Shown piece by piece: positions 9,218-16,400 of a DNA stretch of 64,000 nt. Positions within the stretch are counted from its first letter, which is position 1. Each line of letters begins with the position of its first letter. Made by a program: the position numbers and the translations under genes. The stretch is taken from the NCBI GenBank assembly GCA_038064475.1, contig JBBTTA010000001.1:111086-175085 (forward strand), given 5' to 3'. The notes below the pieces were generated by a model, which was given only the letters and a program-made list of their open reading frames with translations, was not told where the DNA came from and did not search any database. The stretch is from Patescibacteria group bacterium (GTDB taxonomy: Bacteria; Patescibacteriota; Minisyncoccia; Phycocordibacterales; EsbW-18).

Positions 9218-9442
9218 CTATTTTATAAAGGTGTCATCTATCTCAACAATTTTGTTGCGAGATGTGGTGCCCGCAACAATACACACCGCGCTTTGTGGAA
9301 CATTAAAATGTTTTGCGAGCACGCGGATAAGTTCCATATTTGCCTTCCCTTTTTCTGGCGTGGCGCGAATACCAACTTCAAGCCCCTCTGGAGTTTCTTT
9401 CACAAAATCTCCACGCAACACAACTTTAACGTTGTACTTCAT
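9218..9442 (-). CDS. DUF167 / YggU-family small protein
   Basis: 74 aa with EGKANMELIRVLAKHF...VAGTTSRNKIVEI, matching the YggU/UPF0235 pattern. Confidence 0.65.
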   Translation of the reverse strand: MKYNVKVVLRGDFVKETPEGLEVGIRATPEKGKANMELIRVLAKHFNVPQSAVCIVAGTTSRNKIVEIDDTFIK

Positions 9443-10469
9443 GTGGAGAAACGGTATCTACAAGTGCCAATTCAAGAGGCAAGTGAGCAATGTACGCACG
9501 AGACACTGCTCCATATGCGTCCAAGAATCGTGTAAGCACCGTTGAATTTATTTTTGGATTTTCTGTATGTGCAAATCCTTCCAAAATAGAAAGATCTTCT
9601 TCAGAAAACTCTTCTGCAAACACATCTTTCATATCTTTCGAATAACGAAGTAACAATACTGCGCGCAGTTTTTCCAACAACAGTTTTGCAAATACCTTCA
9701 TATCAACACCGGAATCTGTCGCGGAGCGAAGCGCGGCAAGGCCGCGCGAAGCGTCACTTTCTTGGATTGCGTACAGAATGCCATTGACGAGCTCGCCTTT
9801 TGGAGCCGACATAATAAGCGCGACTTCATCGACTGAAACTGTTTTATCAGACGACGATGCAAGAATTTTCTGCAAGACGCCGTTTGCATCACGGAACGAT
9901 CCGTCAGCCAAAAGTGCGATCAACTCCCCTGCCGCATGCTCAAGTTTAAAACCTTCTTTCTTCGCAACCTCAACAACGTATTCCTTAAGAAGTTTTCGTG
10001 AAGGTGATTTGAAGGTGTGCACTTCACAGCGAGAAACAATTGTTTCGGGGAGTTTTTCGAGTTCTGTTGTCGCGAGAATAAAAATGACGTGCGCTGGTGG
10101 TTCTTCGAGTGTTTTCAAAAGCGCGTTGAATGCTTCTTTTGTAAGCATGTGCACTTCGTCAATAATGTAGACCTTATACGTTGATTCAAATGGCAGTGTA
10201 TTCACCGCTTCACGAAGTGCGCGAACGTCTTCAATGCCACGATTTGATGCGGCATCAAGTTCGTAGAGATCAGTGTCAGTTGTGCCAAGCGCACGCGCCA
10301 CAATTCGCGCTACCGATGTTTTTCCTGTACCACGTGTGCCAGTGAACAGATATGCGTGCGATATATTTCCCTGTTTCAAAGCACCCTGAAGTGGCTTCAC
10401 CACTTGATCCTGTCCGCGGACGTCATCAAACTCCTGTGGACGATATTTTCGGTAGAGGGCGAGCGACAT
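9426..10469 (-). CDS. dnaX: DNA polymerase III subunit gamma/tau, short form
   Basis: It has the AAA+ clamp-loader Walker A (GTRGTGKTS) and the conserved LxxALEEPP box. At 347 aa it is short. Confidence 0.9.
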   Translation of the reverse strand: MSLALYRKYRPQEFDDVRGQDQVVKPLQGALKQGNISHAYLFTGTRGTGKTSVARIVARALGTTDTDLYELDAASNRGIEDVRALREAVNTLPFESTYKVYIIDEVHMLTKEAFNALLKTLEEPPAHVIFILATTELEKLPETIVSRCEVHTFKSPSRKLLKEYVVEVAKKEGFKLEHAAGELIALLADGSFRDANGVLQKILASSSDKTVSVDEVALIMSAPKGELVNGILYAIQESDASRGLAALRSATDSGVDMKVFAKLLLEKLRAVLLLRYSKDMKDVFAEEFSEEDLSILEGFAHTENPKINSTVLTRFLDAYGAVSRAYIAHLPLELALVDTVSPHEVQR

Positions 10470-10561
10470 GGGGCTATTGTAGCAAAATATTAAAAGAGCG
10501 CCCCTCCTTCGCCCCCTTCTTTGCTAAAGCTACGAAGGACAGGGAAGGCTACGGAGGGCAA

Positions 10562-10614
10562 GCAAAAACGAAGACCGCGACCCACTCCAGTTTTTCAACT
10601 GGGGCTGGTCGCGG
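10562..10614 (-). terminator. rho-independent terminator for the upstream minus-strand gene
   Basis: On the minus strand there is a GC-rich hairpin, GCCGCGACC...GGUCGCGG, followed by UCUUCGUUUUUGC. Confidence 0.5.
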
Positions 10615-10624
10615 CTGAAACTAG

Positions 10625-10966
10625 CTACATGACGTGGGGTGCCTTAGGTGCAAGCATCTCACCCCCCTCAACTCCAAACGGTGCATCATCCTTCGAGAAA
10701 AAGCGTATGACCCGAATTTCAATACCCTCTGAAATAAGACGGGGGCGAATCCCTTCCTCTCGAATAGGAACCTGTCGGGCGCACACCTGAAGAACTTCTG
10801 AGGTGAAAACATCGATATGTCCGAGTTTACAGAGACCCGTAAGAGCAAGGATTATTTCCATCTGCGAAAACAGTGGCTCGGTCGATCTATTCTCTTCATA
10901 GACAACGAAAGCTGCTTGTTCTTCTCGGAGAAAAAAGATGTAAGGACGACATTCCCAACTATGCAT
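10625..10966 (-). CDS. hypothetical protein, paralogous to 11071..11442
   Basis: 113 aa. Blocks such as FFLREEQAAFVVYEE and EPLFSQMEIILAL align with the neighbouring 123-aa ORF. Confidence 0.45.
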   Translation of the reverse strand: MHSWECRPYIFFLREEQAAFVVYEENRSTEPLFSQMEIILALTGLCKLGHIDVFTSEVLQVCARQVPIREEGIRPRLISEGIEIRVIRFFSKDDAPFGVEGGEMLAPKAPHVM

Positions 10967-11070
10967 CTCTATCTCCTTTCTGTTAATACATCTCTCTTAG
11001 GTATACGCCACAAAAAAGAAAAAGCAAACGAAAGGCCACACAGAGATTTGTGCGGCCAGAAATGATGACC

Positions 11071-11442
11071 TTACTGGTACAGACTTCCTGAAACGCCCCA
11101 GTCCTCTTCTTCCTCAAAAACAACATCTGAGAGTCTCAATGGTTCTGTGAGTAGATGCGGGGATATGCCGTCGGGTTTCAGCTGTGATCTGATGATCTCC
11201 TGTTGCACAAGTATTCCATCAGCCACGCTGAGCATTTGTATTGCCCACAGCACTTCCAAAATGAACTGGGCTTCAAACTTCGTAAAAAGGCGTGGTGTCG
11301 CTTTCAGTCGAAAGCTGGTCCCTTTGTCCTCTGTCACCTCTTTGTACAACAGAATAATTCCGTTTGCACCGTCGGAACGAGGCAAAAACAGCGAAGACCG
11401 CCCAGGAATGATTGGCATAGCGCCCCCTCTTTTTTGGTTCAT
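11071..11442 (-). CDS. hypothetical protein, paralogous to 10625..10966
   Basis: 123 aa with LFLPRSDGANGIILLYKE and PRLFTKFEAQFILEVL, which align with the downstream paralog. Confidence 0.45.
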   Translation of the reverse strand: MNQKRGGAMPIIPGRSSLFLPRSDGANGIILLYKEVTEDKGTSFRLKATPRLFTKFEAQFILEVLWAIQMLSVADGILVQQEIIRSQLKPDGISPHLLTEPLRLSDVVFEEEEDWGVSGSLYQ

Positions 11443-11526
11443 CTGTTTTTGTTATACGCTTCTCACAAAAAATATCAAGTACACATGACACTAAAAATAA
11501 TACCCTTCTCACATCTAACGTTCCAA

Positions 11527-11547
11527 CGTTCTATAGAACGATAGAAT
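11527..11547. promoter_or_regulatory. palindromic motif cgTTCTATAGAAcgatagaat, copy 1, a putative operator upstream of the ArsR-like gene
   Basis: It is a perfect 14-bp palindrome (cgttctatagaacg). A second 21-nt copy with one mismatch lies at 11886..11906. Confidence 0.4.
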
Positions 11548-11618
11548 ATTATTCTTTATTCTTTAAGAAAATTTGATGGGTGATTGTGTAGTCTATAGGC
11601 ATAAACCTACATACATCT

Positions 11619-11903
11619 GTGAATATTGATAAAAAGAAATTTCGATACCTCGAGAGAGTAACTCGTGGATCTTCACATAACCGCAGGATTCAAATTTTGT
11701 ATCTTCTTAACACAAAAGGAAATTTATCTGTTGAAACAATTTCCAACACCCTTCATACAAATTACAAGAATGCTGCACAACACACGCAACGCATGTTTAT
11801 TGCCGGTCTCATAGAAAAAACGCAAAGCGGCAGATCAGTACTTCACACACTTACACCACTTGGGAAATCCCTGCTTTCTTTCTATCGTTCTATAGAAAGA
11901 TAG
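11619..11903 (+). CDS. ArsR/SmtB-like winged-helix transcriptional regulator
   Basis: 94 aa with an HTH signature, RRIQILYLLNTKGNLSVETISNTLHTNYKNAAQHTQRMFIAGLIEK. The apparent start codon is GTG, so the true start is uncertain. Confidence 0.55.
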   Translation: MNIDKKKFRYLERVTRGSSHNRRIQILYLLNTKGNLSVETISNTLHTNYKNAAQHTQRMFIAGLIEKTQSGRSVLHTLTPLGKSLLSFYRSIER

Positions 11904-11906
11904 AAT
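11886..11906. promoter_or_regulatory. palindromic motif copy 2 (cgttctatagaaAgatagaat) overlapping the regulator's stop codon
   Basis: It matches the motif at 11527 with one mismatch. It is embedded in the 24-bp near-palindrome TCTATCgTTCTATAGAAaGATAGA. Confidence 0.4.
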
Positions 11907-11941
11907 GGGTTTTGGAAAAAATATAAAAATTTGGGGTTGTG

Positions 11942-12922
11942 TTAGCTAAGCGTTTTGTTTGTCTCTCGGATTAAAACCTCGCGCGCCTCAATCGCTGTCT
12001 TTACTTCCATCAATTCAAGTAAGAGAGGTTTCTGATACCCATCACCGTGCAAATACGATTTAAAATGCTTCTTCATTATTGAAAACGATTTATGTGGCAG
12101 AAGTTCTGCAAAAAGATTTGTGTGTTCAAGAAGTACGCGAAGTCGCTCGTGAAAATCCGGTCTCAATTTTCCGCTTAACAACCACGGATTCCCAAATATC
12201 GCGCGACCAAACATGATGCCATCACATCCCGAAGCTTTCACTTTCGCATGTGCGTCGTCCATATTCAAAACATCCCCGTTTCCAATGATGAGAGTGTCGG
12301 GTGAGATTTTATTGCGAAGCAGAACGGCACGCGCAATAAGTTCCCATCGCGCAGGCACTTTCGACATATCTTTTTTTGTGCGCGCATGCAGCGTCAGTGC
12401 CGCAGGTTTTTCTTCAAGCAGTGCTGGAATCCATGTTTCAATCTCGTCTTCATTAAAACCGCTACGTGTTTTCACTGACACAGGAATAGTGCTTCCCGCT
12501 TCATGAACACCTTCTTTCGTTGCGCGAATAAGTGCTTTTGCGAGCTCAGGATTTTTTATGATTGCCGCACCCGCACCTTGTTTGCACACATTCGTATCAG
12601 GACACCCCATATTGATATCAACGCCATCAAACCCCATCTCCGCCGCCAACTTCCCCGCTTGCTTCATGATGTCAGGATCTTTACTAAAAAACTGCGCGAT
12701 GATGGGCCGTTCGCTTTCAGTGTATGTAAGATCTTTAATGAGCACGTCATACCCACCCTTAAAAAGTCCATCGGCAGAGACAAATTCCGTCCATACGACG
12801 TCGGGTTTGCCATATTTCGCGATGATGCGACGAAATGCTGGGTCAGTAACATCTGCCAAGGGGGCGATACAGAAAAAAGGTTTATGTAGTGTCGTCCAAA
12901 AGTTATTCACAGGCACAACCAT
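11942..12922 (-). CDS. dusB: tRNA-dihydrouridine synthase
   Basis: 326 aa with the CIAPLADVTDPAFRRI and NMGCP motifs of the Dus family. Confidence 0.85.
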   Translation of the reverse strand: MVVPVNNFWTTLHKPFFCIAPLADVTDPAFRRIIAKYGKPDVVWTEFVSADGLFKGGYDVLIKDLTYTESERPIIAQFFSKDPDIMKQAGKLAAEMGFDGVDINMGCPDTNVCKQGAGAAIIKNPELAKALIRATKEGVHEAGSTIPVSVKTRSGFNEDEIETWIPALLEEKPAALTLHARTKKDMSKVPARWELIARAVLLRNKISPDTLIIGNGDVLNMDDAHAKVKASGCDGIMFGRAIFGNPWLLSGKLRPDFHERLRVLLEHTNLFAELLPHKSFSIMKKHFKSYLHGDGYQKPLLLELMEVKTAIEAREVLIRETNKTLS

Positions 12923-13031
12923 AGCACTTGCCTAGTCCGTATTCAAATGGTACATTCATACACCTGTTGTTCTTTGTTCGGCTAGTACGTGTCCGCATGG
13001 GGCGGAACGTTCTAAAGCAGTGGAGGAATGC

Positions 13032-13163
13032 ATGGCGACATTCAAGGGCAAGCCAACCGAGAAGAGCCTCAGCATGGTGAAGTTCTGCCCGAAGCGTACG
13101 AAGCGAAGCTACGCCCAGAGCCAGCAGAAGGATCGCCGCAGTAGGAAGCAGAAGTTCGGCTGA
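13032..13163 (+). CDS. small basic protein of 43 aa (MATFKGKPTEKSLSMVKFCPKRTKRSYAQSQQKDRRSRKQKFG), or alternatively a small RNA
   Basis: GGAGG lies 5 nt upstream of the ATG, and a canonical terminator follows about 30 nt after the stop. Codon usage is GC3-rich and atypical for the window. It is below the ORF-track size cutoff. Confidence 0.35.
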   Translation: MATFKGKPTEKSLSMVKFCPKRTKRSYAQSQQKDRRSRKQKFG

Positions 13164-13193
13164 CCCACCACCGCTACACAGAATCGAAGCACC

Positions 13194-13219
13194 GGAGTCC
13201 CTGTGGGACTCCTTTTTTT
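13194..13219 (+). terminator. rho-independent terminator
   Basis: The hairpin ggagtccc-tgt-gggactcc is followed by ttttttt. Confidence 0.7.
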
Positions 13220-13272
13220 GTTCGCGCTCATTAAGCGCGAACAACCCTTCGTAGCCTTGTGCGAAGTAGGGT

Positions 13273-14133
13273 TTATTCCACAGAAATTACTCCCTTCTTT
13301 TTGTAAAACACTTTATTACCGTAGCGAAGGTCAATGTATTCTAAGTACGCAAGGTCAGGTATTTCTGTTTTAAAATCAGATGAGTTCAAGATAACCGAAA
13401 GATCATTAAGTGCTGTCGTATACGATGATGAAGCCGTGAGGAGAATTTTGAATGTTGCCGTCTCCCCAATTCCCGAAGAAACGCTGGGACGAACCGTAAG
13501 AGTAACTGATGTGTCGGTCACATCACTTCGCGATGTGATGATTCCTTTTGTATCAAGTTCATCAAAGAGCGCATTAAGTGTTTTAAATTCCTCTTCTGGT
13601 AAAAACCACGAGCCAACGGGTTCGGTGAGAGACGTCAATCCACCACCATACCGAATATATGTTCCACCGGTGAGAAATGTGGGCGATGGTGCGTATACAA
13701 ATCCTGATGTATCGACAAAATAACATTTGCTGTCGTTTACACACCACACCGCAAACGGTTCACGTTCACGGATTGATACGGCCAACACGTCAAAGTCACG
13801 ACGTGACACATTTACGCGATCAAATCGTGGGTACGCATTCGTAAGAATTCCTTCAAGTTTATGTGTACGAATAAAAAGGATATTTTGTTTTGAAAAAATA
13901 TATCCATACGACCCTTCGAATTCTGGCGCAATGAGATTGAAAATATCTCGGTGCGAAACAGTTGTGATTCCATGAATCACCACACGATTAATGGAGAGTT
14001 GTGAGAGACGCGAAAGTTGTGAAAGGAGAAAAAGACATGACAACACGAGCACAATGCGAATTATCCACATGACAAGAAAGCGCCTGCGGCGTTCAACTCG
14101 TACGCGTTCAGTTGTAAAGCGTCGCCCAATCAT
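13273..14133 (-). CDS. ftsQ: cell division protein FtsQ/DivIB-like (POTRA domain), membrane-anchored
   Basis: It has a basic N-terminus, one TM helix, then INRVVIHGITTVSHRDIFNLI..., which is POTRA-like. Confidence 0.5.
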   Translation of the reverse strand: MIGRRFTTERVRVERRRRFLVMWIIRIVLVLSCLFLLSQLSRLSQLSINRVVIHGITTVSHRDIFNLIAPEFEGSYGYIFSKQNILFIRTHKLEGILTNAYPRFDRVNVSRRDFDVLAVSIREREPFAVWCVNDSKCYFVDTSGFVYAPSPTFLTGGTYIRYGGGLTSLTEPVGSWFLPEEEFKTLNALFDELDTKGIITSRSDVTDTSVTLTVRPSVSSGIGETATFKILLTASSSYTTALNDLSVILNSSDFKTEIPDLAYLEYIDLRYGNKVFYKKKGVISVE

Positions 14134-14147
14134 TTCGGCATTGTGGA

Positions 14148-15446
14148 TTATTGCGCCTTTGTAATACCCTCGGTCGTAGCCTTACGGGTGAGACGATCAC
14201 GGCCGCCCATGTAGGGACGAAGTACCTCTGGGATAAGGACTGATCCGTCTGCCTGCTGGAAGTTTTCAACGAGTGACACAAGGATACGTGGTGTTGGAAT
14301 TGCCGTGCAGTTCAGTGAGTGTGCAAATTGTCGTGCGCCGTCTTTGTCGGTGTACTTAATATTGAATCGACGACATTGAAAATCATGGAAGTATGATGCC
14401 GAGCTAATTTCGCGGTATTTCTCTTCCAAAGGCACCCATAATTCAATATCGTATTTCTTTACCTGACCCAAACCGAGATCAGCACCACAGTTTGCAACGG
14501 TGCGATATGGAATACCAAGCGTTTCGATAAACTCTTCGGTGTTGCGATTGAGCCACTCGTGCCACTTCACTGATTCCTCGTGATTTGCTTCACACAAAAT
14601 TACTTGCTCAAGTTTAAAAAATTCATGTACGCGAATAAGTCCTTTCACATCTTTACTGTAGCTTCCCGCCTCACGACGGTAACAAGGAGAAAATCCAAGA
14701 ATCTTTTTTGGCAATTCTTCTTTTGCAAGTACTTCATCGCCGTAATATCCCATAACCGGAATTTCAGCGGTTCCTGCAAGATAGTCTTCATCTTGTGTTG
14801 CGTAGATGTCTTCAACATCGTTTGGCAAATGTCCTGTGCCGTACAGAAGTTGTTTCTTCACAATAACGGGAGGAATCATTGGCATGAGATCTTTCTTTGT
14901 GAAGAAATCCATACCGTAATTCCAAATCGCAAAACACAGCCGTGCTCCATCATTCGTCAAATAGTATCCGCGAAATCCATGTACCTTTGAACCACGCTCA
15001 AAATCAACCATACCCAGTTCTCTCATTATCTCTACATGATCTTTTGCTTCAAAAGAAAATGCTGGTTTCTCTCCCCAACTTTTTATGTGCTGGTTGTCTG
15101 CGTCCGTTTCTCCTTCGGGAACTGATATGTCAGGGGTATTTGGTACCTGAAGCATCAAGGTCTTCCACATTTGCATCACCTCTTTGAGTTTTTCTTCAAG
15201 ACTGCCCAGTTCATCTTTTACGCGACGCATTTCAGATATCATCGCCGTACGCTCTTCTTGTGATGCCGATGTAATCGCATCACTCACTTTATTTTGTTCT
15301 GCACGCAAAGCCTCAACTTTTGTCATGAGCTCACGACGCTCATCATCAACAACAAGGAGTTCATCAATGTTTATGTTGACGTGCTTCTTTCGTGCACCAT
15401 CTTGCACAATGTCCTTATTCTCACGGATAAAATGTATATCAAGCAT
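14148..15446 (-). CDS. serS: seryl-tRNA synthetase
   Basis: It has the N-terminal coiled-coil arm and a class II core. I put the start at MLDIHFIRENKD; the ORF-track start further upstream overlaps dprA. Confidence 0.9.
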   Translation of the reverse strand: MLDIHFIRENKDIVQDGARKKHVNINIDELLVVDDERRELMTKVEALRAEQNKVSDAITSASQEERTAMISEMRRVKDELGSLEEKLKEVMQMWKTLMLQVPNTPDISVPEGETDADNQHIKSWGEKPAFSFEAKDHVEIMRELGMVDFERGSKVHGFRGYYLTNDGARLCFAIWNYGMDFFTKKDLMPMIPPVIVKKQLLYGTGHLPNDVEDIYATQDEDYLAGTAEIPVMGYYGDEVLAKEELPKKILGFSPCYRREAGSYSKDVKGLIRVHEFFKLEQVILCEANHEESVKWHEWLNRNTEEFIETLGIPYRTVANCGADLGLGQVKKYDIELWVPLEEKYREISSASYFHDFQCRRFNIKYTDKDGARQFAHSLNCTAIPTPRILVSLVENFQQADGSVLIPEVLRPYMGGRDRLTRKATTEGITKAQ

Positions 15447-15483
15447 ATGCGGGACTTTTGGAATATGGATTCTATTATACGGC

Positions 15484-16353
15484 ATGACACGCCCCGACGA
15501 AATCCGGCTTCTGGAGAAGGAGGAGTGGCCAGCATTTCTTCACGAAATAACCGATCCGCCTTCGAAACTCTTTGTACGGGGTGTTGTACCCCCTTCTGGT
15601 ACGCATTTTCTATCTGTCGTCGGCTCACGAAAATATTCTCCCTATGCAAAAAGTGTTTGTGAACGACTCATTGCTGGGCTTTCTGGCTATCCTATATCTA
15701 TTGTATCGGGTCTAGCGCTTGGTATTGATGGCATTGCGCATGAAGCAGCATTGGCGGCTGGACTCCACACTATTGCAGTCCCTGGGTCTGGTTTATCTGA
15801 CACGGTACTGTATCCACGTGCACATCTTCCCTTAGCACGTCGCATTATCCAGAGTGGTGGCGCGTTGATATCAGAGTTTGAGCATGAGTTCAAAGCAACT
15901 GATTGGAGTTTTCCTCAAAGAAATAGAGTGATGGCAGGTATGTCGCATGCAGTCCTTATTATTGAAGCGGGTGAAAAATCAGGAACACTCATCACCGCAC
16001 GACTTGGTATGGAGTATGGGCGACGAGTGCTCGTTGTTCCTTCGCCTCTTTTTACACCGTACGGAAAGGGTTCGAATGCTCTGTTGCGTGTCGGGGCTGA
16101 ACTTATTACCTCTTCATCAGATATTTTGGAAGCACTTGGTATTGAGGAAGCTGTACATAATGAAAAAGTGATGCCGCTCAATATATCTGACGACGAAAAG
16201 AAGATACTTGAAGTGCTCAATGAGCCGCTCCAAAAAGATCAGATCATTGCGCGCGCCGGCATGCCGGCGCGCGCTGTTCTCGTTCTCCTTTCGACACTCG
16301 AAATAAAAGGAATCATCACTGAACGTTTGGGAAAAATCGAACGTGTACGTTAG
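15484..16353 (+). CDS. dprA: DNA processing protein DprA/Smf
   Basis: GSRKYSPYAKSVCERLIAGLSGYPISIVSGLALGIDGIAHEAAL matches the DprA Rossmann-like domain. The start is the ATG at 15484; the longer ORF-track version overlaps serS in antisense. Confidence 0.8.
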   Translation: MTRPDEIRLLEKEEWPAFLHEITDPPSKLFVRGVVPPSGTHFLSVVGSRKYSPYAKSVCERLIAGLSGYPISIVSGLALGIDGIAHEAALAAGLHTIAVPGSGLSDTVLYPRAHLPLARRIIQSGGALISEFEHEFKATDWSFPQRNRVMAGMSHAVLIIEAGEKSGTLITARLGMEYGRRVLVVPSPLFTPYGKGSNALLRVGAELITSSSDILEALGIEEAVHNEKVMPLNISDDEKKILEVLNEPLQKDQIIARAGMPARAVLVLLSTLEIKGIITERLGKIERVR

Positions 16354-16400
16354 TATGAAGTTTGCAAAAGGTTGTGTATCGTAGTATTACTGTTCTTCAT

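Noticed and set aside
9033-9545. 170-aa plus-strand ORF
   Set aside because: It overlaps tRNA-Gln and the DUF167/dnaX genes on the opposite strand. Its amino-acid composition is not protein-like, so it is spurious.
10470-10625. Possible SRP (4.5S) RNA upstream of dnaX, a common neighbour in other bacteria
   Set aside because: I do not see the domain IV consensus (GGAA tetraloop with AGCAGCC). The region is better explained as a minus-strand terminator hairpin plus the dnaX leader.
12903-13244. 113-aa minus-strand ORF
   Set aside because: It is antisense to the GC-rich small transcription unit and spans its terminator hairpin. This is probably an open-frame artefact of GC-rich sequence.
15184-15483. 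N-terminal extension of dprA given in the ORF track
   Set aside because: It would run antisense through the serS 5' end. The DprA homology begins after the internal ATG at 15484.
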